Shown one piece after another: positions 46,066 to 56,457 of a DNA stretch of 64,000 bases. Position numbers and translations under genes: made by a program. The first letter of the stretch is position 1, and each line of letters begins with the position of its first letter. Below the pieces are notes generated by a model, which saw nothing but the letters and a program-made list of their open reading frames with translations, did not search any database and had not been told where the DNA came from. The stretch comes from Deltaproteobacteria bacterium (GTDB lineage Bacteria > Myxococcota_A > Polyangia > Fen-1088), in contig JANRKS010000020.1 of NCBI GenBank assembly GCA_033763315.1, positions 32,001 to 96,000 of the forward strand. The letters run 5' to 3'.

Positions 46066-47016
46066 CTACTTCTTCAGCTCGGCCATCAGCGCTGGGATCG
46101 CCTTTTCCCAATCCGCCACCAGGCCGTAATCGGCCACTTGGAAGATCGGGGCTTCGGCATCCTTGTTGATCGCCACGATCACCTTCGAATTCTTCATGCC
46201 CGCCAAGTGTTGAATGGCGCCTGAGATCGCCACGGCGATGTAGAGTTTCGGGGCCACCACTTTGCCGGTTTGCCCCACCTGCAGATCATTGGGCACCATG
46301 CCAGCGTCAGCGGCCGCGCGGCTGGCACCCAGGGCGCCACCCAATTGATCCGTGAGCTGTTCAAGCAGCTTGAAGTTCTCGGTGGATTTCATGCCGCGGC
46401 CACCGGAGACAACGATTGATGCATCGGCCAGATCGGGCCGCTCGCTCTTGGAGGCATGCAAAGCCACGAACGCCGCGCCTTTCGCGTCGAGTGCTGGCAC
46501 AGATTGAGACTCAACGGCGCCTGCGTTGGCCGCGGGGGCAGCGGCTTCGAACGCCGTTTGACGGACCGACACAACGACCGTGGGCGTGCCCACCTCAACG
46601 GTGCTGATGGCATTTCCCGCATAGGTAGGGCGGCGGAACTTGGCGGCGCCATCGACGCCTGAAATTTCGCTCGCCATACCGGCGCCGAGCAGGGCCGCCG
46701 CGCGCGGCAGGACGTCTTTGCCTGTGGAAGTGGCACATGCCACTAGGGCATCTGCACCTGCGGCCTTAAGCGCTTGCACCATCACTGGTGCGTAAGTTTC
46801 AGCCAGCGGCGCCTGCAACGTGGGTGCATCGTAGACGAGCACTTTGTCGACGTACTTTGCTGCCTCGGCCGCTGCGGCAGTAACACCCGCGCCGATTACC
46901 ACACCCACCAACGGGCCGGGTCGATGTTTGGCAAGCTCACGAGCGGCGGTGACCGCCGACAACGAGGCTGAGCGAACGGTGGACTCTGTTGTTTCCAGAT
47001 AAACAAGCACTGACAT
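46066..47016 (-). CDS. etfA: Electron transfer flavoprotein alpha subunit
   Basis: [45 protein letters not shown]. Confidence 0.96.
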   Translation of the reverse strand: MSVLVYLETTESTVRSASLSAVTAARELAKHRPGPLVGVVIGAGVTAAAAEAAKYVDKVLVYDAPTLQAPLAETYAPVMVQALKAAGADALVACATSTGKDVLPRAAALLGAGMASEISGVDGAAKFRRPTYAGNAISTVEVGTPTVVVSVRQTAFEAAAPAANAGAVESQSVPALDAKGAAFVALHASKSERPDLADASIVVSGGRGMKSTENFKLLEQLTDQLGGALGASRAAADAGMVPNDLQVGQTGKVVAPKLYIAVAISGAIQHLAGMKNSKVIVAINKDAEAPIFQVADYGLVADWEKAIPALMAELKK

Positions 47017-47026
47017 GGCAGCCTCC

Positions 47027-47848
47027 TCAGAGCACCTTGGCTTCGTTGCGAAGTTTGGAAACGAGCTCTTCCACAGAAGCCACCTTCACGCCCGCGCGGC
47101 GGCTGGGCGGCGCTGTGTGGCTGACGTGCTTCACGAGCACCTGCGGCGAAGCCCCAAGCGATGCCGCCGTGACCTCTTTCACTTCTTTCTTCTTGGCCGC
47201 CATGATGCCCTTGAGGGCTGCGTAGCGCGGGCCTTCTTCCCATTCGGCGTCGGCACCCACCAGCGCCAGGTTGTGTACGGATTTTTTGCCGATGATCCTC
47301 AAATCAACCGTGAGCACGGCAGGCAAGGGCACGCGTTTTTCTTCGACGCCCGCATCCACTTCGCGCGTGCCGAGGGCTGACTTGCCGTCGGCCGCTAACG
47401 TGAGCGTGGCCAAGAACGTGGCTTGTGGCCAGCCGAGGTAACCCGCCAGCAGTTGTCCCACCTGATTCGAATCACCATCGACGGTTTGTTTGCCCATGAT
47501 GACAGCGTCGGGCTTCTCGGCCGCCACAACCGCGGCCAGAATCTGCGCCACCGCGTTTGCGTCGAGCTCTTGATCTTGGCCGTCCACCAAGATCGCGCGG
47601 TCGGCGCCCATCGCCAGCAAGCCACGAACCTGTTGAGTGGCGTCTTTGGGGCCAATCGCCACCAAAACAACTTCGCCAGATCGCTCGCCGCCTTTGCCTT
47701 TTTCGGTCAGGCGCAGTGCCGCTTCCACGGCGTACTCATCGAAGGGATTCACCTGCCAACCCGGGTTAGAAAGATCTAACCCGGTGCCAGCGAACTTTAG
47801 CTTTTGTTCAGGGTTGGGAACCCGTTTGCAAGGAACGAGGATTTTCAC
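47027..47848 (-). CDS. etfB: Electron transfer flavoprotein beta subunit
   Basis: KILVPCKRVP, NPFDEYAVE, LAMGADRA, GKQTVDGD, PRYA.LKGIMAAKKK. Confidence 0.96.
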   Translation of the reverse strand: MKILVPCKRVPNPEQKLKFAGTGLDLSNPGWQVNPFDEYAVEAALRLTEKGKGGERSGEVVLVAIGPKDATQQVRGLLAMGADRAILVDGQDQELDANAVAQILAAVVAAEKPDAVIMGKQTVDGDSNQVGQLLAGYLGWPQATFLATLTLAADGKSALGTREVDAGVEEKRVPLPAVLTVDLRIIGKKSVHNLALVGADAEWEEGPRYAALKGIMAAKKKEVKEVTAASLGASPQVLVKHVSHTAPPSRRAGVKVASVEELVSKLRNEAKVL

Positions 47849-47893
47849 GTTGGCTGCTCCTCTAATTTGGATGCGTGCAAGTGCGTGGAGGAA

Positions 47894-48397
47894 TCAACTG
47901 GTGGCAACTTCGAGCGCTTCTTGCAGGTACTCGACAGTTTCCTCGTCAACATCAACCAAATAAACGGTGGCCGGCTTCTCTGAGCGATGGGCGCGCAGTT
48001 CGTCCGCAATGGCCCGTGCGGCGTCGCCTGGGTCCACGCCGCCCAAGCCCGCGCCCAAACCCGGGATCGCGATGATCTCGAACTTGTGGTGGCTTGCAGC
48101 CAACAGCGCGGCCCGCGTGGCGCGGCGAACGTTTTCGACAGTCGACTTGTGGCCAGGCTCGTCGATTGTGGGCACGTGAATGATCCGCTTGGCCCACAAC
48201 TTCCCGGCGTTTGTGACCACGGCGGCGCCGACGGCGATAGGAGCTAACGACATGGCCTCCTTTTGAATGGTGGGTCCGCCTTTGCGGGAAATGGCGCCAG
48301 CCACCCCTCCGCCCATGATTCCCCAAGAATTTGCCGGGCTTACGAGAGCGTCTACGGCCAACTCAGTGATGTCTGCTTGTGCCAAATGAACAATCAT
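47894..48397 (-). CDS. Macro domain protein
   Basis: DITE..VDA.V.PAN...MGGGVAGAI, IAIPGLGAGLGG. Confidence 0.9.
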   Translation of the reverse strand: MIVHLAQADITELAVDALVSPANSWGIMGGGVAGAISRKGGPTIQKEAMSLAPIAVGAAVVTNAGKLWAKRIIHVPTIDEPGHKSTVENVRRATRAALLAASHHKFEIIAIPGLGAGLGGVDPGDAARAIADELRAHRSEKPATVYLVDVDEETVEYLQEALEVATS

Positions 48398-48567
48398 GAT
48401 CGCCTGGCGGGGTGCCCAGGACCTCCTTGGCTCACCGTACCACAGGGCTAAACCACGTCACAGGAATTGGTGCACGCAAAACGCGACATTGAGGTGCTGC
48501 CCCTGCCGCACGCTCATCGATCCCGTTACCTAACGGTGCCCCCTGACGGCAGGGAGCACTGGACACG

Positions 48568-49146
48568 CTAGTCCGAGATGCCTTCGGCCAGGGCCTGCGT
48601 GAGCACATGGTCGACGGCGTCCGGGGCGGTGGCTTGCGCCACGCACAGTTCCTGAACGATCAGATCTTTGGCGGTATCCAACATGCGCCGCTCGCCAAAT
48701 GAAAGCGGTTTCGTACGCTTCAAGCGATGCAGGTCGCGAAACACTTCGGCTACCTCGAAAAGCGAACCCGACTTGATCTTGTCCATGAAACCGCGGTACC
48801 GACGGTTCCAGGTGTGACGGTCTAGTGGCACGTCTTTCTCGCGCAGGATCTGGAGGACCTCCTCTACCTCACTCGTGCCAGCCACGGGACGCAAACCCAC
48901 CTGTTGTGCCTTGTGTACGGGTACCAAAATACGCAGCCCGGATTCCGCCAGGCGCAGGACGTAAAAGTGCTGAATTTTGCCGTGGATCTCGCGACGTTCG
49001 AGATCTGTCACTTCGGCTATGCCTTGCGATGGGTAAACCGCTTTGTCACCGATTTTGAAGGTTAACGGAACACCAAGATCTGCTCCACTTGAGTCATCGC
49101 AGAAGCTTGCTTTGTCCCAGTTCGAAGTGTCGCTGCGATGGCTCAT
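48568..49146 (-). CDS. cdnL: CarD family transcriptional regulator (CdnL-like)
   Basis: FKIGDKAVYPSQG, GLR, WNRRYR, AEVFRDL, LSFGERRML; start uncertain. Confidence 0.85.
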   Translation of the reverse strand: MSHRSDTSNWDKASFCDDSSGADLGVPLTFKIGDKAVYPSQGIAEVTDLERREIHGKIQHFYVLRLAESGLRILVPVHKAQQVGLRPVAGTSEVEEVLQILREKDVPLDRHTWNRRYRGFMDKIKSGSLFEVAEVFRDLHRLKRTKPLSFGERRMLDTAKDLIVQELCVAQATAPDAVDHVLTQALAEGISD

Positions 49147-49392
49147 GGTGTTTACTTTCCCCTAGAAAACACTATCGACATGCTCTTTGTCGGTAGTTCT
49201 GCTTACAAGTCTGACATGAAACTTCTCGCGGAGGCAATCACACGATGCGTCGACCTCCAGATGCACGAACAAGCTTGCCGAGTTTACCAGACACCGGTAA
49301 AAGCATGCGGGGCTTGCGGCGCGGTGTTGGTGGTAGGACGTGGCCGCTCGCAGAGGGTGTTTCCCGCTTAACTAAGAACTTAAAGAGGTTCC

Positions 49393-52300
49393 ATGGCAGC
49401 GTATCGAGCTTATGTTGCGTTGGTGTTTGGGGTGGCCTTATCGGCAGTGCTTGGCGCCTGCACCACAAGATCAACAGGGTTGGTCACGCCAGGTGACGAT
49501 AGCCTGGGCGGAGGCGGCATGATGGGTGGTGGCGGCGGCGACGCAGGAACCTCGGGAACTGATCGCGATGGCGGCGGTCGACCCGATGTTGGCACCTGCG
49601 TGCCACCCGAGAAACTCAAGGAACTGGGCCTTGCGTGTGGTTGTCACGACGAATGTGATTCCGGCAGCTGCGTTGATGGCGTTTGCTGTTCGGGCAAGTG
49701 TGATGGCACATGCCAGGCGTGCAACGTACCCGGAAAGATGGGCACGTGTTCACCCATTCCCGCAGGCATGTCGCCCGTGGTGGTTGGTCAATGCAAACGC
49801 GACGACGTCGCCACGTGCGGTTTCGATGGCACCTGTGACGGCAACGGTGCGTGCCGGCGCTATCCCGACGGCACGACATGCGACAAGGGCGTTTGCGATG
49901 GCGCCACAATCAAGAATTCAAAGGCCTGCAAAGCGGGCAAATGCGAAACGGGGTCGAACACCGTGTGTTCGCCGTTTGCCTGCAACGCAGACAACGTTCA
50001 ATGCTTCACAGAGTGCCAAGCAGACAATCAATGCGCGCCTGGGCAGCAGTGTAAGAACGGCAGCTGTGGCAAAAAGAACCTGGGCGCCAAATGCGACACC
50101 GCCGCGCAATGCGAATCTGGTTTCTGTGCCGATGGCGTGTGTTGCAACACAAGTTGCGACGGCTCCTGCGTCAGCTGTAACCAACCGAGCAAGATGGGGG
50201 AGTGTACCCCCGTCGCTAAAGACCAGCTGGATCCGCACAAAGTGTGCAAAGACAACGGTCCCTCGGCGTGCGGCACAAGCGGCGCTTGTGATGGCAACGG
50301 CGGTTGCGCGAAGTATGGCCCAACCACTGTGTGCCGGCCGGGGCGCTGTGAAGGTGCGAATCAAATTCCACCCAGCAACTGTGACGGCAAGGGATCATGT
50401 TTGACGTCAAACCAGGTGGCATGCGCGCCATTCGCTTGTTCGGGCACGGCATGCAACCAGAGCTGCACGAGTGACGCCCAATGCTCGGGCGGCAACGTTT
50501 GCAGAAACAACATTTGTGGTCCGCGTGGCAAGGGCCAAGATTGCACAGCCAACAGCCAATGCGGCAGCGGCTTTTGCGTGGACGGCGTGTGTTGCGAGAG
50601 CGCGTGCACGGGGCAATGCAAGTTCTGCGCTTCTCCGCAGGCGCGCGGCTCTTGCGTCAACGTGGCAGCGTCAACGCCTGATCCCCGCGCGGCAGCGGGC
50701 GTGACGGATCCATCCCGTGTATGTGTGGCACAGGATCGAACAACGTGTGGCCGCAACGGCATGTGCAATGGCAACGGTGGTTGCCAACTTTGGGACAATC
50801 AAACCGTTTGCGAAAACCAAAGTTGCTCCACGGGGACGAACACGGCGTCGTTTGCGAAGAAGTGCGATGGCTTCGGCATGTGCAAGACCACGGGGTCGCA
50901 AACGTGCGCGCCCTATAAGTGCAATGGCACCGCGTGTAGCAACGCTTGCGGTTCGGATAGTGAATGCGTGGCGCCGAATACGTGCGTCGCCGGCAAATGC
51001 GGCCCGAAACCTCCAGGGGCATTGTGCAACAACGACACTGAATGTGGCAGTAAGTTTTGCCGCCAAGGCGTGTGCTGCCAAACGGATTGCAAAGGTAGCT
51101 GCTTTTCATGTTCGTTGTCTGCGAGCCGCGGCTTGTGTACGGCGGTGCCCGCCGGCTCGAAGGATCCCGCCAATGTGTGCAAAGACGATGGCGTCGCCAG
51201 TTGCGATCGCGATGGCACCTGCGATGGCACGGGCAAGTGCCGGCTCTACGGCGCAGGGCAGATTTGTGCAGGAGCCACCTGCGTATCTGGCACCGCGACG
51301 GCAACGTCAACGTGTGACGGCGTGGGCAATTGCAACAAAGGCTCAACGCGCTCCTGCGGAAATTTCAAGTGCAACGCGGAAGGAACGGCTTGTTATGAGT
51401 CGTGCGTTGACAACAACCAATGCATCACAGGGCGCGTGTGCCAAGGCAGCTCGTGCGGTCTGAAGCCGAATGGGGCCCTGTGTCCCTCCGGATTGGGCAG
51501 CGAGTGTATGTCCGGCCAGTGTTACCAGGGCTTTTGCTGCAACGTGAAGTGTGACGGCATCTGCAAGAGCTGCGGCTTGGCCGGCAGTTCTGGAACCTGC
51601 ACGAACATCCCGAAAGGTTCGCCCGATCTGGCGGCGCGCTGTGTGGCTGCCGCGCCAGCCACGTGTGGCAACGATGGCACGTGCGATGGAGCTGGCGCGT
51701 GCGCCAAGTTCGCGAACACGGTCACGTGTCGCGATCAATCTTGCCCCGCCGATTCAAACACCCAGACGAACAGCGCCAAGTGCGATGGCGCCGGCAACTG
51801 TCCGGCCGTGCAAACCACAAGCTGTCAGTTGATCAAATGCGATCCGCAGACGAAGTCATGTTTAACCAGCTGCTCAAGCGACGTTCAGTGTGTGTCCAAT
51901 AGCTTCTGCGACATAGCGACCATGTCTTGTGGTGGCTTGAAGGACAACGGCACCGCATGCACCGCGGGCACGCAGTGCAAATCGGGCAAATGCATCGAAG
52001 GCGTATGCTGCGGCGGCTTGGCCGCGGGGGCCAACAGCTGCCCCGCTTGCCAAAGTTGCAAGAATGCCCAAGGGACGTGTCAGGCACTTCCTGCAGGTCC
52101 CGAAGGCGCGGGCTCGTGCACGGCGGGCGCGGGTGTGTGCGGGCAACAAACCTGTAATGGTGCGGGGGCATGTGTGGCGGCGAACCCAGTGGGCACAAGT
52201 TGCGGATCGCCAACCTGTGTGGGTGAAGACAAGGTTCAGGCGCAGGCCTGCAACGCCGGTGGCGTGTGCGCCAATGCTGGTGCCCCGACGTTGTGTGCCG

Positions 52301-53313
52301 GCAGCTTCAAGTGCGTGGCTGGTGCTTGCAAGACATCCTGTACGCCCGAGACATCGAGCACTGATTGCGTGACCGGCAAAGTCTGTTTGGGCAACCAGTG
52401 CGTCGATCCAAAGAAGGCCAACGGCGTCGCATGTTCAGCGAGCGATGAATGCGTTTCTGGTTTCTGCGCCGGCACTGGAGACACGAAGGTGTGCTGTAAC
52501 TCAGCGTGTACGGGCGCCTGTAATTCATGCACACTGACGGGTACGGTCGGCACCTGCACGCCTGTCGCCGCTGGCACCGCGGACACGAACTGCAGCGCCA
52601 CGGCCACCAATAACCTCTGCACCTATGGCGTGTGCGGCGCCAATGGGGCCTGCGCGACCGTAAATTGCTCGGCTACGTCCAGCTGCAGCGCTGACGGAAA
52701 CGGCGTACAAGGGGCCACTTGCAACGGGACCATGACGTGTGCGGCAGGCGCGACGGTGACGCCTTGCCCTGGCGGTTTCAAATGCACGGCGGGCGCATGC
52801 CGCACGACCTGCTCCGACGATACTCAATGCCAAAGCGGCTTCTATTGTTCGGGCACGGCCTGCGTGGCGAAGAAGGCCACAGCCGACACCTGCATGATGA
52901 ATAACGAATGCATGACGGGAAACTGCGCTCAGGGGGTGTGTTGCGCAACGGCGTGCACAGGAAGTTGCAAGACGTGTGCGGGTGCCAACAAGGGTACGTG
53001 TGAGAATGTTGCTGCCGATGGGGTTGACCCAGCCGGGATGTGCACGGATGAGGTTTCTTTGTGCGGCACGAATGGCAAGTGCAATGGCTCCGGCGGTTGT
53101 CAGTTCCGCCCGACCACCACCAGTTGCGGAAGCGCGTGCTCCTCCGACTTGATGAGCACCGTGGCCAAGGTTTGCAACGGGGCAGGCTCTTGTGTAGATG
53201 GAGCTTCCACTCCCTGTGTTGGATTTTTGTGTGCGGTGACGGACGGCAACGCCTCGTGCAGTGCGACTCTGCCTCCACCACCCCCCGCGCCGGCGTCTCT
53301 GCTAAACCCGTAG
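49393..53313 (+). CDS. Very Cys-rich repeat lipoprotein (eight ~155-aa modules)
   Basis: LGAC lipobox, Gly linker, eight copies of C..xx.C.SG.C..GVCC...C.G.C..C. Confidence 0.85.
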   Translation: MAAYRAYVALVFGVALSAVLGACTTRSTGLVTPGDDSLGGGGMMGGGGGDAGTSGTDRDGGGRPDVGTCVPPEKLKELGLACGCHDECDSGSCVDGVCCSGKCDGTCQACNVPGKMGTCSPIPAGMSPVVVGQCKRDDVATCGFDGTCDGNGACRRYPDGTTCDKGVCDGATIKNSKACKAGKCETGSNTVCSPFACNADNVQCFTECQADNQCAPGQQCKNGSCGKKNLGAKCDTAAQCESGFCADGVCCNTSCDGSCVSCNQPSKMGECTPVAKDQLDPHKVCKDNGPSACGTSGACDGNGGCAKYGPTTVCRPGRCEGANQIPPSNCDGKGSCLTSNQVACAPFACSGTACNQSCTSDAQCSGGNVCRNNICGPRGKGQDCTANSQCGSGFCVDGVCCESACTGQCKFCASPQARGSCVNVAASTPDPRAAAGVTDPSRVCVAQDRTTCGRNGMCNGNGGCQLWDNQTVCENQSCSTGTNTASFAKKCDGFGMCKTTGSQTCAPYKCNGTACSNACGSDSECVAPNTCVAGKCGPKPPGALCNNDTECGSKFCRQGVCCQTDCKGSCFSCSLSASRGLCTAVPAGSKDPANVCKDDGVASCDRDGTCDGTGKCRLYGAGQICAGATCVSGTATATSTCDGVGNCNKGSTRSCGNFKCNAEGTACYESCVDNNQCITGRVCQGSSCGLKPNGALCPSGLGSECMSGQCYQGFCCNVKCDGICKSCGLAGSSGTCTNIPKGSPDLAARCVAAAPATCGNDGTCDGAGACAKFANTVTCRDQSCPADSNTQTNSAKCDGAGNCPAVQTTSCQLIKCDPQTKSCLTSCSSDVQCVSNSFCDIATMSCGGLKDNGTACTAGTQCKSGKCIEGVCCGGLAAGANSCPACQSCKNAQGTCQALPAGPEGAGSCTAGAGVCGQQTCNGAGACVAANPVGTSCGSPTCVGEDKVQAQACNAGGVCANAGAPTLCAGSFKCVAGACKTSCTPETSSTDCVTGKVCLGNQCVDPKKANGVACSASDECVSGFCAGTGDTKVCCNSACTGACNSCTLTGTVGTCTPVAAGTADTNCSATATNNLCTYGVCGANGACATVNCSATSSCSADGNGVQGATCNGTMTCAAGATVTPCPGGFKCTAGACRTTCSDDTQCQSGFYCSGTACVAKKATADTCMMNNECMTGNCAQGVCCATACTGSCKTCAGANKGTCENVAADGVDPAGMCTDEVSLCGTNGKCNGSGGCQFRPTTTSCGSACSSDLMSTVAKVCNGAGSCVDGASTPCVGFLCAVTDGNASCSATLPPPPPAPASLLNP

Positions 53314-53317
53314 CGCT

Positions 53318-54451
53318 TTGTCCGAAAACCTCATCCGCGTCGAAATCGAATCACTGGCACCCGGAGGCGATGCTTTCGGGCGCCAAGTGGGGGGCGCCGC
53401 GGAGGGGCGAGCCACATTCGTGCCGTTGGCGGCGCCGGGGGAATTGGTGACCGCGCGGCTGGGGCGGCAAAAGCGTGACGTCGCGTGGGCAACGTTGGAG
53501 AAGGTCGAGCGCGAGAGCCACCTGCGTGCGGTGCCGCCGTGCCCTGTGTTCGGGGTTTGCGGCGGCTGTCAGTGGCAACACGTGACCATCGAAACGCAAC
53601 GGGCCGCCAAGCTGGCGATCGTGAAGCGCGCGCTGCGATTCGAGAACGTCACCTTGTCGGCGCCTTGCGCGCCCTTTGGTTACCGCGAGCGGGCCAAACT
53701 GGTAAGCGTGCACCGAGGGCCAACGCGGGTGCTGGGATTCAAGAAGGCGCAGTCGCATGAAGTGGTGGACATAGAGCGTTGCCCCTTGCTCGCCGAACCT
53801 TTGAACACGGCGCTGGCCAAGCTGCGCTCACAAGCGCTGCCCGTGGGAGAAGTGGCCTTGCAGTTGGGTGCGGGCGGCCTGGTGGGTGTGGCGGGGGCCG
53901 GGCAGCCTGCCTCGACCATCAACTTGGCGGGTGTTGATGAGCCGGTCCTCGAAATCAGCGTGGGCGGCTTTGCGCAGGTGAGCCGTGCGGCGAACAACGC
54001 GCTCGTGCAGGCGGTGCTTGCCCAGGTGGGGCCCCAGCCCGGACGCGTGCTTGAGCTTTATGCCGGGGCCGGCAACTTCACGCGTTTTCTCGTGTCGCGG
54101 GCGGCCCAGGTGATGGCAAGCGATGGCGACGGTGTGGCGGTGCAGCTCGGTGCCAAGAATGTACCCCAAGCATCTTGGGTGGCTCCCGACGCTGTGCCTT
54201 TGCATGACGTGTTCGATACCGTGGTCGTGGATCCACCGCGGGCGGGGTTGGACGCGTTGGCGTTGGATCTGGCGCGCCTGGCCCGCAAAACCATCGTTTA
54301 TGTTTCTTGCGATCCCCAAACCTTGGGCCGCGACGCCCGCCTGCTGGCCGGCTTCGGCTTTCAACTGACCCACGCGGAGGCATTTGATCTGATGCCCCAG
54401 ACGCATCACGTGGAAGTCGTGGCGCGGTTTAGCGCCGCGGGTACCGGGTAG
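53318..54451 (+). CDS. RlmD/RumA-like RNA m5U methyltransferase
   Basis: TRAM domain, CPVFGVCGGCQWQH, LELYAGAGNF, VDPPRAG, YVSCDP, PQTHHVE. Confidence 0.88.
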   Translation: MSENLIRVEIESLAPGGDAFGRQVGGAAEGRATFVPLAAPGELVTARLGRQKRDVAWATLEKVERESHLRAVPPCPVFGVCGGCQWQHVTIETQRAAKLAIVKRALRFENVTLSAPCAPFGYRERAKLVSVHRGPTRVLGFKKAQSHEVVDIERCPLLAEPLNTALAKLRSQALPVGEVALQLGAGGLVGVAGAGQPASTINLAGVDEPVLEISVGGFAQVSRAANNALVQAVLAQVGPQPGRVLELYAGAGNFTRFLVSRAAQVMASDGDGVAVQLGAKNVPQASWVAPDAVPLHDVFDTVVVDPPRAGLDALALDLARLARKTIVYVSCDPQTLGRDARLLAGFGFQLTHAEAFDLMPQTHHVEVVARFSAAGTG

Positions 54452-54485
54452 AACTACCCCGCGCTTTTTCCGCTACACTGCGGCC

Positions 54486-55676
54486 GTGCGCGAGCGAGCT
54501 CGAATTTTGGTGACCGTGACCGGCCCTGATAAGCCGGGCGTGACGTCGACGTTGATGGGCATCCTGGCTGAAAAAAACGCCGGCCTGGAGGACATTGAGC
54601 AGGTGGTCGTGCAGGGCCAACTGACCTTGTGCTTGCTCATCACCGTGCCCCCTTCGAGTGACGTGCTCAAAGAGTTGCTGTTCACGTCGAAGCAGCTCGG
54701 CATGGAGCTCGACTTCAAGCCGGTGGAAGACGACAGCCAGGCCACGACGCACGCGGATATCGGACGTCGATACGTGATCACCGCCATTGGTCGGTCGCTC
54801 GGCCCCACGGCCTTGCACGCGTTGGCATCCACGCTGGCGGGCGAAGGCGCCAACATTGAGAAGATTTCGCGGCTTTCAGAAGGGCCTTTGGCCTCGCTTG
54901 AGATTCACGCGAAAATTCCTTCCGATCGGGATCACGAAAACCTCAAGCGCTTGCTGCTGGCTGTGGCCACGCGTTCTGCGTTTGACGTTTCGCTGCAACG
55001 AGAAAGCCTTTACCGTCGGTCAAAGCGCTTGGTGGTCATGGATATGGATTCCACCTTGATCCAGATCGAGGTGATCGATGAATTGGCACGCCGCCACAAG
55101 GTGGGCGATCGCGTGTCGCGCATCACCGAGCAAGCCATGCGCGGCGAAATGGATTACGACGATTCGCTTCGTCAACGTGTCGCCTTGCTCAAAGGCTTGG
55201 ACGCCAAGGTCTTAGAGAGCATCTGCGCCGAGCTGCCCTTGACCGAAGGTGCGGAGATCTTGGTTCGCGTGCTCAAGCGTTTGGGTTACCGCATCGCCGT
55301 GTTAAGCGGTGGCTTCTCGCAGGCCGCGGAGGCTTTAAAGCGCCGTTTGGGCCTGGACTATGCGTTCTCAAACCAGCTTGAGATCGCTGACGGCAAGCTC
55401 ACCGGACGCGTGACCGGCCCCATCGTGAACGCACAACGCAAAGCAGAGCTGCTTGAGTTGATCGCGCAACTGGAAGGCGTGCTGTTGGATCAAACGATCG
55501 CCGTGGGCGACGGTGCCAATGACGCCTTGATGTTGGAGCGCGCCGGCTTGGGTATCGCGTTTCATGCCAAGCCAACCCTGCGCGAGCGGGCCGACACGGC
55601 GATTTCGGCTGGTGGCCTCGACTCGGTTCTATATTTGCTGGGTCTGAGCGCGCGCGAGATCAAAGAGATCCAGTAG
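54486..55676 (+). CDS. serB: Phosphoserine phosphatase with ACT domains
   Basis: GPDKPG ACT motif, DMDSTL, LSGGF, GDGAND. Confidence 0.95.
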   Translation: MRERARILVTVTGPDKPGVTSTLMGILAEKNAGLEDIEQVVVQGQLTLCLLITVPPSSDVLKELLFTSKQLGMELDFKPVEDDSQATTHADIGRRYVITAIGRSLGPTALHALASTLAGEGANIEKISRLSEGPLASLEIHAKIPSDRDHENLKRLLLAVATRSAFDVSLQRESLYRRSKRLVVMDMDSTLIQIEVIDELARRHKVGDRVSRITEQAMRGEMDYDDSLRQRVALLKGLDAKVLESICAELPLTEGAEILVRVLKRLGYRIAVLSGGFSQAAEALKRRLGLDYAFSNQLEIADGKLTGRVTGPIVNAQRKAELLELIAQLEGVLLDQTIAVGDGANDALMLERAGLGIAFHAKPTLRERADTAISAGGLDSVLYLLGLSAREIKEIQ

Positions 55677-55685
55677 CGCGCGTGC

Positions 55686-56375
55686 TTATCGTTTGCGCGT
55701 TTTCGCGCTTGTTTTCGGCGCCCCGGCCGCTTCAGTCAACCCGCCCAACGGGTCGTTGTCGAGCTGCTTCTTGTTGAACGTGGGCAGCGGCGCGGCGGGC
55801 TTGGCGGCCTCGGGTTCTGCGTTAGGCGCACTGGCGGCCGCGTTCGGCGCCGCCGCATTGAGGGCGGCGTTGCGTTCCGCGCGCAACGCTTGCAACGCGG
55901 CTGCGTGCTCGGCACGTTCAACCGCCAACGTATTCTCCACTTCGGCGCGCGCCTCCTGTGCTGCGCTTTTTTGCGCTTCCATGCGCTGCAATTGCTGATC
56001 TTTGGCGCGCATGAGCCGCGTGTGCTCTTGCTGCTGCCAAAGCCACGCGCCGGTTGCCAGCGCGCCCACCACCAAACTTGTGACGATGATGGTGCCCATG
56101 GAGCTCTTTGGCTTCGTCACCGGGGGCGCCGCCCAGGCGGCCTGCTCGTGCACGCGCAGGGCGTGACCAGGCTCGGGGCGGATCACTGGGCCGGCCGATA
56201 CGATCTTGTCCTCCCAGTGTGTGGCTGACGCAGGCTCGGGGCCTTCATAGGTCTGGCGCCGCGCGCGCGTGAGCGCCGCTTGCCACTCGTCGCCATCTTC
56301 TGCTGGCTCCTGATTGTCGCCTTCGGCAAAAGGTGTTGAGGGAATGCTGCCATAGGGCTGACGGGTCGCGGACAT
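55686..56375 (-). CDS. Hypothetical membrane-anchored coiled-coil protein
   Basis: One TM helix followed by a coiled coil; C-terminal NDPLGGL; AAAGGAAG upstream of the ATG. Confidence 0.6.
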   Translation of the reverse strand: MSATRQPYGSIPSTPFAEGDNQEPAEDGDEWQAALTRARRQTYEGPEPASATHWEDKIVSAGPVIRPEPGHALRVHEQAAWAAPPVTKPKSSMGTIIVTSLVVGALATGAWLWQQQEHTRLMRAKDQQLQRMEAQKSAAQEARAEVENTLAVERAEHAAALQALRAERNAALNAAAPNAAASAPNAEPEAAKPAAPLPTFNKKQLDNDPLGGLTEAAGAPKTSAKTRKR

Positions 56376-56457
56376 GTGGAACTTCCTTTCGCGAGAGCGC
56401 TAAGAACTCAACACACCGCTGGAGACGTTTGGGAAAACGTCCCTGTTTTTTGCCCGC

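Noticed and set aside
47894-48397. Macro domain as part of a DarTG or defence system
   Set aside because: No ADP-ribosyltransferase neighbour; it sits among housekeeping genes.
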